From: Beijerinckiaceae bacterium
GTDB lineage: Bacteria > Pseudomonadota > Alphaproteobacteria > Rhizobiales > Beijerinckiaceae
Reading direction: 5' to 3'
Length of the DNA stretch: 46,547 bases
Assembly: GCA_006514895.1 (NCBI GenBank)
Contig: VDMG01000310.1
Location: 1-46,547 of the forward strand
Numbering within the stretch: position 1 is the first letter of the stretch; each line of letters begins with the position of its first letter. Shown here piece by piece: positions 1 through 12,770 of this stretch. Position numbers and translations under genes: made by a program. The notes below the pieces were generated by a model that saw nothing but the letters and a program-made list of their open reading frames with translations, was not told the origin of the DNA and did no database searches.

Positions 1-3832
<3,832 letters not shown>

Positions 3833-4084
3833 GTCGCTCCTCGCACCTCGTGAAAACAGCGATCTTCTCAACCGGAAAATCGCTTGGCCCGCATCCAGCC
3901 GGGGGCACTGGAATGGGCAGAGACTTCCTCAGGCTCAAGCGCTCACGACACCGTAACAAACTTGCTAAGAAGTCCGAATTATTTTTGCAAAACGACATAG
4001 GTTTCAGCCCGGCGGCGGCCCCAAGATTTTGCTGGAGCCGCCGTCTTGCGAAACATAGGGGCCGCCGCAACGGCCAAGCCACAA

Positions 4085-4462
4085 TCACTTAAGCTCCACC
4101 TTGGCGCCCGCTTTTTCGAGCGCGGCCTTGATTTTCTCGGCCTCCTCCTTGCTCACGCTCTCCTTGACGGGCTTGGGCGCGGCTTCGACCAGATCCTTCG
4201 CCTCCTTGAGGCCAAGACCAGTCACCGCGCGCACTTCCTTGATGACTTCGATTTTCTTGTCGCCGACCGCTGCAAGAACCACGGTGAATTCGGTTTGTTC
4301 CTCCGCGGGCGCAGCCGCCGCGCCGGCAGCGGGCCCCGCCGCGACGGCAACCGCCGCCGCCGCCGACACACCCCATTTTTCTTCCAAAAGCTTGGCGAGT
4401 TCGGCGGCTTCGAGCACGGTGAGACTCGAAAGATCCTCGACGATCTTTTCTAGATTGGCCAT
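4085..4462 (-). CDS. rplL: 50S ribosomal protein L7/L12
   Basis: [22 protein letters not shown]...[25 protein letters not shown]...AGAKVELK. Confidence 0.98.
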   Translation of the reverse strand: MANLEKIVEDLSSLTVLEAAELAKLLEEKWGVSAAAAVAVAAGPAAGAAAAPAEEQTEFTVVLAAVGDKKIEVIKEVRAVTGLGLKEAKDLVEAAPKPVKESVSKEEAEKIKAALEKAGAKVELK

Positions 4463-4537
4463 TTTCACTTCCTTCGATTACAGTCTTTGATTGCGTTCAC
4501 TTCGACGGCGTTCAAGGTAGGTAAGTCCGTTGAAAAC

Positions 4538-5053
4538 TCAGGCGGCATCTTTTCCGCCATAAGCCGCAAACACCCGCGCGAGCTTCGCAGCTGGCGCCAT
4601 TGTGAGCTGCGCGAGCTTCGACGCCGGTGCCTGGATGAGGCCAACGAGTTTACCGCGCAATTCGTCCAAGGACGGCAGCGTGGCGAGCGAACGTATGGCA
4701 TCGGCATTAAGCGCGACCGCTCCCATGGCGCCGCCAAGAATCACGAGCTTGTCGTTGTCCTTGGCGAAGGCAACTGCGGCTTTCGGCGCCGCGACCGGAT
4801 CGTCCGAATAGGCGATCAAGGCCGGACCCTGCATAAGCTCGGAAATAGAAGCAACTTCAGTGCCTTGCACGGCGATCTTAACGAGACGGTTCTTGGCGAT
4901 CTGCACCTTGGCTCCAGCCGCTCGCATCTGCTTGCGAAGAGCTTGCATTTGCGCCACGCTCAGGCCGGAATACTGCGCGACCACCACCACTGATGTCGTC
5001 TTAAAGACATCGGTGAGGGAAGCGACGCATTGTTTCTTTTCCCCTCTGTCCAC
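4538..5053 (-). CDS. rplJ: 50S ribosomal protein L10
   Basis: MDRGEKK...KNRLVKIA...[22 protein letters not shown]; GTG start; between rplA and rplL. Confidence 0.97.
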   Translation of the reverse strand: MDRGEKKQCVASLTDVFKTTSVVVVAQYSGLSVAQMQALRKQMRAAGAKVQIAKNRLVKIAVQGTEVASISELMQGPALIAYSDDPVAAPKAAVAFAKDNDKLVILGGAMGAVALNADAIRSLATLPSLDELRGKLVGLIQAPASKLAQLTMAPAAKLARVFAAYGGKDAA

Positions 5054-5194
5054 GGTGTGTCTCCTTATGCGGGCGCGGAATTAACAGAATTCCGGCCTGC
5101 AGGCTGCATCTGCCGCCTCACCCCCGGAGCGAACACGCCGCGCCGGACAGTGGGGTAGACCAAAATCGAAGAAACCAAAAAAGGCGGAGCCTTC

Positions 5195-5310
5195 CTGCGT
5201 CTATGCCGGCCCACGATCACTTTCCCGGCAGGAACCGGATCGGCGGTCGAGAGATTAAGTTTGAGTTCGGCCAAGAAGGACGACCCCCACGCCGGCAGTC
5301 TCGGACAGGA
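5195..5310 (-). promoter_or_regulatory. L10(L12)4-binding leader RNA of rplJL
   Basis: Minus strand reads GTCCGAGACTGCCGG...ACTTAATC...CCGGCATAGACG, matching the AGAC-stem/TTAA/stem-TAGAC pattern of the L10 leader, upstream of rplJ. Confidence 0.75.
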
Positions 5311-5550
5311 CATAGCCGGAAGGGACAGACGTCAACCGCCTATCCTCCAGCCTTACCCGCCGCGTCACGAAATACCTTTCGCTGGGAACGAAACTTGTTC
5401 CGAAGCAACCTGCCGGAATCTCGTAATCGCGGAAACTTTGTGGATGCGGGGCCGCTATTTCCGGTCAACCCCCAAACCCTCTATTTAACCCGATTAATCT
5501 TCTATGCCAAGAGCCGAAATACAATTTTCGTTTATCACGAAACGAATATT

Positions 5551-6246
5551 TCAGACCGTGAGCGTCGCGGGATCGACCTTGACGCCCGGACCCATGGTCG
5601 ATGAAATCGCAACCCGTTGGATATAGGTGCCTTTGGCGCCCTGAGGCTTGGCTTTGGCGACCGCGTCCACGAAAGCGGCGATGTTTTCGACAAGTTTCTC
5701 CTGCGCGAAGGAGGCCTTGCCCACGCTGCCTTGGACAATTCCGGCTTTTTCGACCCGGAACTCGACCGACCCGCCCTTCGAGGCCTTGACGGCCCCCGCA
5801 ATATCCATGGTCACGGTGCCGACCTTCGGGTTGGGCATCAGGCCGCGCGGACCCAGGACCTTGCCGAGCCTGCCGACGAGAGGCATCATGTCGGGCGTCG
5901 CAATACAACGGTCGAAGGCGATGGTACCGCCTTGGACGGTGGCAACCAGGTCCTCCGCCCCGACGACGTCCGCCCCCGCCGCCTTGGCTTCGTCGGCCTT
6001 GGCGCCGCGCGCGAACACCGCGACGCGTAGGGTGCGCCCGGTTCCATTCGGAAGATTGACCACGCCGCGCACCATCTGATCGGCATGTTTGGGGTCGACC
6101 CCAAGATTCATCGCGATCTCGACGGTTTCATCGAATTTCGTATTGGCGCGCTCCCTGACGAGCCTGACCGCCTCGGCAACTGGATAAAGCTTGATCCGGT
6201 CAATGCCTTCGCGCGCCTTGCGAACGCGTTTTCCAATATGCGCCAT
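5551..6246 (-). CDS. rplA: 50S ribosomal protein L1
   Basis: [48 protein letters not shown] motifs; ATG at 6246 (alternative GTG at 6252). Confidence 0.98.
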   Translation of the reverse strand: MAHIGKRVRKAREGIDRIKLYPVAEAVRLVRERANTKFDETVEIAMNLGVDPKHADQMVRGVVNLPNGTGRTLRVAVFARGAKADEAKAAGADVVGAEDLVATVQGGTIAFDRCIATPDMMPLVGRLGKVLGPRGLMPNPKVGTVTMDIAGAVKASKGGSVEFRVEKAGIVQGSVGKASFAQEKLVENIAAFVDAVAKAKPQGAKGTYIQRVAISSTMGPGVKVDPATLTV

Positions 6247-6251
6247 CGCCA

Positions 6252-6680
6252 CTACTCCACAACCTCGAGGCCCATGGAACGGGCGGAGCCTTCAATCATC
6301 CGAGCCGCGGCTTCCACGGACGCACAATTGAGATCGGGCAGCTTTTTCCCGGCAATCTCCTGAATCTGCGCTTTCGTGATCTTGCCCGCGAAACCACGGC
6401 CAGCAGTTTTCGAACCCGACTGGATGCCCGAGGCCTTCTTTAAAAAATACGATACCGGCGGCAGCTTCATCTCGAAAGTGAAGGACCGGTCCTGAAAGGC
6501 AGTGATCACGACCGGGATCGGCGTCCCCTTTTCCATCTGCGCCGTCCGGGCATTGAATGCCTTGCAAAATTCCATGATGTTCAAGCCGCGCTGACCGAGC
6601 GCGGGGCCGATCGGAGGCGAAGGATTGGCCGCCCCGGCCGGCACCTGAAGCTTCACATACCCTGTGATCTTCTTTGCCAT
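6252..6680 (-). CDS. rplK: 50S ribosomal protein L11
   Basis: [44 protein letters not shown]. Confidence 0.98.
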   Translation of the reverse strand: MAKKITGYVKLQVPAGAANPSPPIGPALGQRGLNIMEFCKAFNARTAQMEKGTPIPVVITAFQDRSFTFEMKLPPVSYFLKKASGIQSGSKTAGRGFAGKITKAQIQEIAGKKLPDLNCASVEAAARMIEGSARSMGLEVVE

Positions 6681-6728
6681 TGCCATACTCCCATACAAAG
6701 CCGGCCTTTGCGGCGCGGCGGTTGCGGT

Positions 6729-6775
6729 CGTGGTCCGGCGGGGTTCCGCCAGGCACGGCGGGCCCGTCTCCCACG
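6729..6775 (-). promoter_or_regulatory. Putative L1-binding leader of rplK-rplA
   Basis: Minus strand CGTGG-GAG-[GC hairpin]-A-CCACG: closing stem with a GGAG internal loop about 45 nt upstream of rplK, as in L1 autoregulatory sites. Confidence 0.55.
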
Positions 6776-6891
6776 TCTCGCGCCATCGGTCACGAAGCGA
6801 TGCCGATGGCGCTTTTCTCAACCTCCTCTATTTCGCATTTCCCCGATCCCGCAAGAACTAGCGGAACCATGCGAGATGGATGGGGCCATTC

Positions 6892-7422
6892 TCAGACTTT
6901 TTCAACCTGTCCATATTCCAATTCCACCGGCGTCGCGCGGCCGAAGATGGAAACCGCGACCTTGACCCTGGAGCGGTCCTCGTCGACATCTTCGACAATG
7001 CCATTAAAGGAAGCGAAGGGGCCGTCCGCGACCCGAACCGTCTCGCCGATTTCAAAAGAAATCGACGACTTGGGCCGGTCGACACCCTCGGCGACCTGAC
7101 CCTTGATGCGCTCCGCCTCGCTATCGGAAATAGGCATCGGCTTTTTATCAGCGCCCAAAAATCCGGTAACCTTCGGCGTATTCTTAATCAGATGGTAGAC
7201 ATCGTCGGAAAGATCGCATTTCACCAGCACGTAGCCGGGAAAGAATTTGCGTTCCGAATTGATCTTACGGCCGCGGCGAATTTCGACGATATGCTCGGTC
7301 GGGACAAGAATCTCCTCGAATTTGCCCGAGAGGCCACGCTGCGCCGCCTGCTCCTTGATGGATTCGGCGACCTTTTTCTCGAAATTCGAATAGGCGTGAA
7401 CGATATACCAGCGCATACTCAT
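6892..7422 (-). CDS. nusG: Transcription termination/antitermination factor NusG
   Basis: MSMRWYIVHAYSNFEKKV...FFPGYVLV...GPFASFNG...VSIFGRATPVEL. Confidence 0.98.
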   Translation of the reverse strand: MSMRWYIVHAYSNFEKKVAESIKEQAAQRGLSGKFEEILVPTEHIVEIRRGRKINSERKFFPGYVLVKCDLSDDVYHLIKNTPKVTGFLGADKKPMPISDSEAERIKGQVAEGVDRPKSSISFEIGETVRVADGPFASFNGIVEDVDEDRSRVKVAVSIFGRATPVELEYGQVEKV

Positions 7423-7568
7423 CGGAAAAGCTTCAACCTCTTCCCCTCTAGAGGGTGATGGGGGCAAATGAAAGCCTGCAATTCACTCGATTAGACTGCA
7501 TCCTTAACGATGGATCCTAACGTTGTTTCTTAACATGAACGTCTATCCGCCGCGTTTTAACATATGCA

Positions 7569-7728
7569 AGAGCATACCATAAACAGATGCACTAACTCTC
7601 TGAGTTTGCAAGCTTCCTTCCGGCGGCAGATTCGACATGGGCGGGAAGCGCGCTAGACCCTAAGCATTTCAAGAAATGCTTATGATCTCATCCAAAAAAT
7701 CTGCAACATTTCTGAAGATCATGCGCTA
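7569..7728. repeat. Cluster of palindromic intergenic repeats (RIME/Bru-RS-like)
   Basis: Degenerate AGAGCAT...AAGCGCGCTAG unit (7569-7656), palindrome TAAGCATTTC-AA-GAAATGCTTA (7661-7682) and ATGATCTCATCCAAAAAATCTGCAACATTTCTGAAGATCATGCGCTA (7682-7728), similar to the copy near 42700-42750. Confidence 0.75.
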
Positions 7729-7917
7729 ATGACCCAAACTCAGTAGACCGGTGACGGCGAGACGGAGAGCCCAATCCACCACGACAAAAAAAAGACTGGC
7801 GAGCAGGACCATGAAAAGAACAAGCACCGTCGTGATCATGGTCTCCTTGCGCGAAGGCCAAGTCACCTTGGAGGCTTCGGCGCGCACCTCTTGAAGGAAT
7901 TGCAAAGGGTTGGTCAT
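7726..7917 (-). CDS. secE: Preprotein translocase subunit SecE
   Basis: MTNPLQFLQEVRAEASKVTWPSRKETMITT followed by one TM helix; upstream of nusG. Confidence 0.96.
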   Translation of the reverse strand: MTNPLQFLQEVRAEASKVTWPSRKETMITTVLVLFMVLLASLFFVVVDWALRLAVTGLLSLGH

Positions 7918-8035
7918 TGCCGTGGTGAGGTATCCCGTTGAAGTTACGCCATTCCGGCAGTCTTGCCGCCTCGCGGCGTTCCCCGGCGGCATCGTCAACC
8001 GCGCAAGAGCAAGGCAAACGGAAAATGGCGCCGCT

Positions 8036-8110
8036 AAAAAAATCAGGGCGCGGAACCCGAAGGCCACGCGCCACAAGCATTCTATATAATCAAAGGCGCG
8101 AGGAACGCAA
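8036..8110 (-). promoter_or_regulatory. Putative sigma70 promoter and 5' leader hairpin of secE
   Basis: Minus strand TTGCGT-N16-TATATA, then GGCGCG...CC-TTCG-GG...CGCGCC hairpin followed by a T run. Confidence 0.4.
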
Positions 8111-8292
8111 ATTCATTTTTTGCTTGTGGCAAGGCTCCCCGTCTCGCGCCGCGCGGCCTCGACGCCACGCTGACATTGGCAAGCAGGGAACGCGAAAAGT
8201 CTAGTTCCGCCAGGAGCTCAAACCGGTCCGTCGTCTTGCTGGCAGCGCGGTTTGGCGCTTGAAGCGATCAAACTTGTGGAGATGTGCCGCCA

Positions 8293-9156
8293 ATGACCGG
8301 CGCCGGAACAAACCGTAGCAAGCCAAGCCTCGGCGGCGGCCCGGCCATTATCCTGGTGCGCCCGCAACTCGCCGTGAACATCGGCATGTGCGCGCGGGCG
8401 ATGGCCAATTTCGGTTTGACCGATCTGCGTCTGGTGGCGCCGCGCGAAGGCTGGCCCCGGTCCGGCGCTTACCGGAAAGGCGCTTATGCTGCGGCGGCTG
8501 GCGCTGTGCATCTTCTCGAAGCCGCGAGACTATTTGAGACCGTCGAAGCCGCGATCCTCGATCTCAATTTCGTTTGGGCGTCGACCGCCCGCGAGCGGGG
8601 CCAGCACAAGCCCATCCTGACCCCCGCCGAAGCGATGCCAAAATCCGCGCGGAAAATCACAAGTGGTGAAAAGCATGGCGTTCTGTTTGGACCCGAGCGC
8701 ACCGGACTAGCCAATGATGAGGTGGCCTTGGCCGATGCGATCCTCACTTTTCCGGTCAATCCCGCCTTTGCGTCGCTTAATCTCGCGCAAGCGGTGCTCC
8801 TGACCGGTTACGAATGGATGGGTGCCGCGACGGATGCCAAGCCGCCCTTCACCACGGTCCAGCGCTCACCCGCCGCGTCGCGCGAAATGGCATTGTCGTT
8901 TTTCGATTATCTCGAAACCGAGCTCGAACGGGCAGGATTCTTCCGTCCAAAATCCAAGCAGCCGGTGATGCGACGCAATTTGCGGAACATGTTTCATCGC
9001 ATGCAGCTCACCGAGCAGGATGTGCGCAGCTTGCGCGGCATGGTCGTCCGCCTCGTCGAAGGGCCAAGGACTGGCGGAGAGCGCGGCAAAAACCCCCGGC
9101 GCGGCGACCCTACTCCGCCGGAGCCTCTTGAAGCACGCCCAGATGAGGACGAATGA
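8293..9156 (+). CDS. trmJ: SPOUT tRNA methyltransferase, TrmJ/LasT family
   Basis: NIGMCARAMANFG, LFGPERTGL.N.E, SLNLAQAV motifs. Confidence 0.9.
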   Translation: MTGAGTNRSKPSLGGGPAIILVRPQLAVNIGMCARAMANFGLTDLRLVAPREGWPRSGAYRKGAYAAAAGAVHLLEAARLFETVEAAILDLNFVWASTARERGQHKPILTPAEAMPKSARKITSGEKHGVLFGPERTGLANDEVALADAILTFPVNPAFASLNLAQAVLLTGYEWMGAATDAKPPFTTVQRSPAASREMALSFFDYLETELERAGFFRPKSKQPVMRRNLRNMFHRMQLTEQDVRSLRGMVVRLVEGPRTGGERGKNPRRGDPTPPEPLEARPDEDE

Positions 9157-9197
9157 AAGAGTCACCCACAAAGCATTTTGTAAGGAACGAGGCCTCA

Positions 9198-9237
9198 ATC
9201 GGACAAAAACGTTTCACGTGAGACACTTTTGTCCGAT
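9198..9237. promoter_or_regulatory. parS-like site within a 40-bp palindrome
   Basis: CGTTTCACGTGAGACA (9210-9225) is 14/16 to TGTTTCACGTGAAACA; flanked by perfect arms ATCGGACAAAA / TTTTGTCCGAT. Confidence 0.65.
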
Positions 9238-9431
9238 GAGAGTGGAAAACCTTACAGGGCCGCATCCATCGCGCGGCCTCGTGGCTGGTGGGATCACACC
9301 AAAATTTGGTGCTTTTGGCGGGCGGACGGCGCGGCTCTACCGGCGGCTTCCCTTTGCGCAGCGCGGCCAATTGATAGCGCAGTTTCGTTTCGCGACTGAA
9401 TTTGACCCGTGAGAACTGTTCCCCCGCCGCT

Positions 9432-9746
9432 TCAACGATAACATTCTCCCCATTTGTGCAACGCCTTTAGCACCGGGCCAAGGGCTTGGCCTTTCTCGGT
9501 CAGAAAATATTCAAAACGGGGCGGATGTTTCTCGTAGAGCCGGGTCCCGATGACACCTTGCTTTTCGAGTGTCTTGAGCCGCGCGGAAAGCGTGTTTGGC
9601 GCAACGCCCGCGAGCCCGTCCGCGAGATCCTGAAACCGCGAGGGACCTTTGCGGAACAAATCCCGCAGCACGAGCAAGGACCATTTCTCGCCCACCACAT
9701 CGAGGGCTTTTGCAACCGGGCACTCTTGGTCATATCCGCCTGTCAT
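9432..9746 (-). CDS. HxlR/DUF24 family winged-helix transcriptional regulator
   Basis: CPVAKALDVVGEKWSLLVLRDL...RFQDL...LSARLKTLE...Y.LTEKG..L.PVL. Confidence 0.93.
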   Translation of the reverse strand: MTGGYDQECPVAKALDVVGEKWSLLVLRDLFRKGPSRFQDLADGLAGVAPNTLSARLKTLEKQGVIGTRLYEKHPPRFEYFLTEKGQALGPVLKALHKWGECYR

Positions 9747-9766
9747 GGATAACAGATAAATTTTTC

Positions 9767-9811
9767 AACTAACTACATATCTACAAGTAACTATTTATTT
9801 CGTAGTTAGTT
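9767..9811. promoter_or_regulatory. Inverted repeat, putative HxlR operator in divergent promoter
   Basis: AACTAACTAC (9767-9776) and GTAGTTAGTT (9802-9811) are a perfect 10-bp inverted pair in an AT-rich spacer. Confidence 0.6.
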
Positions 9812-9905
9812 TAAGGCAGGCCTCGGGCAGGAGGACCACTCCCATTTTGCCGTCCGGTCAAGTCAAGAGATGAATTGTATCCAACTCCGTTTCCGGAGGT
9901 GTGTG

Positions 9906-10661
9906 ATGATCATTCCGGCCTATCTTCCCTATTACGTGGTCACCGGCGCAATCGGCGTTATCGCCACGATTCTGTTTGGATTGAGCAAGGCGCTGAGCAA
10001 ATCTGGTTGGGGAGCCTCCGACCGTGGTTTAGCAGTTCGAACATCAGCCATTGTTCTCATTGGATGGTTTCTAGCGGCCGCGAGCCTGGCATGGATGGGT
10101 GCCTATCGCGCTGTGCTTGATCGTATCCCCACGATCCAATATGGAATTCTCATTCCGATCCTGATCGGCGGTTTGCTGATCTAGCGATCGCCGCGCCTGG
10201 CGCGAATCATTGATGCCGTGCCGCAGCATTGGCTGATCGGGGTTCAGCTCTATCGTGCGTTAGGGGTGATTTTCCTCATTCTTTATGGGACAGGCAAACT
10301 GCCGGGTGCATTCGCTTGGCCGGCCGGACTTGGCGACACGCTTGTGGGCATTCTCGCGCCGGTCGTCGCGGTTGCCTATGCGCGTGCACCGCATAAGAAT
10401 GCCGATATGGTCTCCGCATGGAACCTTTTTGGGCTCGCCGATCTTGTCGTCGCGGTGACGGCGGGATTTCTTACCTCCCCATCACCGTTCCAGTTATTTG
10501 CCTTTGATCTGCCAAGTGAACTCGTGAGCCAGTTTCCGCTGGTGCTTGTTCCGGTCTTCCTCGTGCCGGTCTCGGTGCTCCTCCACCTGGCATCGCTGAC
10601 GAAGCTCCGCCGGGATGCCTTGCCAGAAAAAACCATCGCGAAATCGCGCGCGCTGGCGTGA
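9906..10661 (+). pseudogene. Multi-pass membrane protein interrupted by an in-frame TAG
   Basis: GGAGG RBS before ATG 9906; the two track ORFs (9870-10184 and 10218-10661) are in one frame separated by one TAG at 10182-10184; hydrophobic pattern continues across it (GGLLI*RSPRLARIIDAVPQHWL). Confidence 0.8.
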
Positions 10662-10698
10662 TGCTGGGTTGTTAGAGCTGCGAGGCTTCGAGAGCTAA

Positions 10699-10744
10699 AA
10701 TTGCGAGCGGTCCTGGCAGAGGCGCCAGGACTGCTTCGTCAATT
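10699..10744 (+). terminator. Long hairpin downstream of the membrane gene
   Basis: AATTGCGAGCGGTCCTGGC-loop-GCCAGGACTGCTTCGTCAATT; only a weak U tract. Confidence 0.4.
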
Positions 10745-10876
10745 TGAAACTACCGTCGGTGTCGCCAACCCAATGGTTGCCTCCACCAATGCGGCAATGA
10801 CCGGGCTAGAAAAAGCCCCGGCATTCGGCTACCGCTTAAACTCCTTGCTTTCGAAATCGTTCTTTTGAGCAATTGC

Positions 10877-11818
10877 ATGCCACGCATAGTATCGGCCGCG
10901 GCCGATTCACACGGCGATCCATTGGCCTCCTCCCAAATCGCCTTTCCCGGCACGGCGTCGGCGGCGATCGGCGCGGCGACGGGGACCGGCATCCTTTGGA
11001 TGCTGGCCGCGACCTGCCTTTTCGTCTGCCAGGATTCCCTCGCGCGCATCCTGCTGAGATCCTATCCGGCGACGGAAATCGCCTTCGCGCGCTATTTTGT
11101 TCACATGGTTTTGGTGACCATTTTCCTTGCCTGGCGCGATCCGCGGCTCATGATCTCGCGCCGGCCGGTCTTGCAAATGCTGCGGTCGATGCTTCTCCTT
11201 GGCACGACTTTGTTCGGCATGCTGGCGCTCAAGATAATGCCGCTCGTCGATTTTTCCGCCATTGTGTGGGTGGCGCCTGTTCTTGTCGCCGCGCTTTCGG
11301 TCTTCATTCTCCACGAAAAAGTGAGCCCCGGCTTATGGGCAAGCGTTTTCGCCGGTCTCATCGGCGTCTGGGTGATCATTGGCCGGACGGGCATGGATTT
11401 TTCGCTTTCCATGCTGTTTCCTTTCCTGGCTGCTCTCGCCAACGCGCTCTATCAGATCACGACCCGGCTTCTGCACGGTGCCGATTCATCACTCACAACC
11501 CTGTTTTACTCGGCGCTGGCCGGAGTTTTGTTTTGTGGCGGATTTCTGCCCTTTGCCGCCGCCGCGCCAAACCTTGTCGATGGCGGTCTGATGCTTCTTC
11601 TTGGCCTTTTCGGCATTGCGAGCCACTTTTGTCTTATCCGTGCCTTTGCCGCGGCGCCTGCCAATATCGTCGCGCCGTTCGGCTATACCGCGCTACTTTG
11701 GGCGACTTTGTTCAGCCTGATGATTTTCGGGGAAATTCCCGGCCCGCGAAGCTTGTTTGGAGCGGCCTTGATTGTCGGCGCCGGTTTGTTCATTTTCCTC
11801 GGCGGACGAAAAATATGA
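10877..11818 (+). CDS. DMT/EamA family transporter
   Basis: About 10 hydrophobic segments in two repeats, LSVFILHEKV and APFGYTALLWATLF...FGEIP motifs; start uncertain. Confidence 0.9.
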   Translation: MPRIVSAAADSHGDPLASSQIAFPGTASAAIGAATGTGILWMLAATCLFVCQDSLARILLRSYPATEIAFARYFVHMVLVTIFLAWRDPRLMISRRPVLQMLRSMLLLGTTLFGMLALKIMPLVDFSAIVWVAPVLVAALSVFILHEKVSPGLWASVFAGLIGVWVIIGRTGMDFSLSMLFPFLAALANALYQITTRLLHGADSSLTTLFYSALAGVLFCGGFLPFAAAAPNLVDGGLMLLLGLFGIASHFCLIRAFAAAPANIVAPFGYTALLWATLFSLMIFGEIPGPRSLFGAALIVGAGLFIFLGGRKI

Positions 11819-11923
11819 CCCCCTGGCGTATTCGCTGCGTTCAAAACGTCATGTAAAAAGGTTCAGTGTTTAGGAATAATCCCGGCAAAATTCATCGACG
11901 GGCTCGACCGCGACGAATCGCCA

Positions 11924-12011
11924 CCTAAATGTCAGTAAGTTATTCCCTAGATGTCGGTTAGTTATCCCCTAGATGTCAGTGAGTTATCCCCAAGATGCCA
12001 GCGAGCCATCC
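11924..12011 (+). repeat. Four tandem 22-bp repeats
   Basis: CCTAAATGTCAGTAAGTTATTC / CCTAGATGTCGGTTAGTTATCC / CCTAGATGTCAGTGAGTTATCC / CCAAGATGCCAGCGAGCCATCC, no spacers. Confidence 0.92.
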
Positions 12012-12030
12012 GCCCAGAATTGATGAAGCC

Positions 12031-12642
12031 ATGGACAAACAGCCGCATGGGCAAGAAAGTGCCGGGAAAGCCTGGCCGGACGTTTGCTGCTCGCCTGCGC
12101 GGACACCGCTCGCCATCGTCGCCGCGATCGCCGAAAATGGCGTGATTGGCGACGGACGCGGCCTGCCGTGGCATTTGCCGAGCGATCTCAAACATTTCCG
12201 CGGGATCACCATGGGCAAGCCCCTGCTCATGGGGCGCAAAACCTTCGAATCGATAGGGTGTGCTTTGCCGGGCCGCGAGACGATCGTCGTAACCCGCGAC
12301 CGCGCCTTCGATTCGTCGCGTGGAGGCGGGCATAGCAAGGCCATCCATGTCGCGCATGAGCTCGAAGCGGCGCTGGCGCTGGCGCAGGATCTGGCGCGGG
12401 CGATGGGCGCGGAGGAGGTCATTTTGGCCGGCGGCGGAAATCTTTACGAAAGTTTGATCGGTTATGCCGAGCGCATGCATCTGACCTTCGTCGATGTCGC
12501 CGCGAGAGGCACGGTGAGTTTTCCGGAGATCGACTGGTCGAATTGGCTGGAAGTAAACCGGGTCCGGCCCCGGCCTTCGGCTCGGGACGACGCGACATTC
12601 GCCTTCGTCGATTTTGACCGCCGCCACTGCTTATCATTGTAG
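12031..12642 (+). CDS. folA: Dihydrofolate reductase
   Basis: IVAAIAENGVIG...LPWHLPSDLKHFR..TMGKPLLMGRKTFESIG..LPGR; start uncertain (11995 or 12031). Confidence 0.93.
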   Translation: MDKQPHGQESAGKAWPDVCCSPARTPLAIVAAIAENGVIGDGRGLPWHLPSDLKHFRGITMGKPLLMGRKTFESIGCALPGRETIVVTRDRAFDSSRGGGHSKAIHVAHELEAALALAQDLARAMGAEEVILAGGGNLYESLIGYAERMHLTFVDVAARGTVSFPEIDWSNWLEVNRVRPRPSARDDATFAFVDFDRRHCLSL

Positions 12643-12685
12643 TATGCGCGTGGCGCTTCTATGTAGTATGGGCGTGGCGCTTCAA
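12638..12685 (+). repeat. 24-bp tandem duplication
   Basis: TGTAGTATGCGCGTGGCGCTTCTA / TGTAGTATGGGCGTGGCGCTTCAA (22/24 identical). Confidence 0.9.
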
Positions 12686-12770
12686 TAGGGGCCAAATCAA
12701 ACCCAGCCCGATCCCAAGCCTTGGCGTTAATCAATCGCTACTCGGGCGTCATCCAGCAAAAGAGAAATTC

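Noticed and set aside
10182-10184. Pyrrolysine or reassigned amber codon
   Set aside because: No pyl genes or suppressor tRNA seen; TAG is a normal stop in secE, rplK, lysS and cobU
11924-12011. Possible CRISPR array
   Set aside because: Units are contiguous with no unique spacers and no cas genes are present
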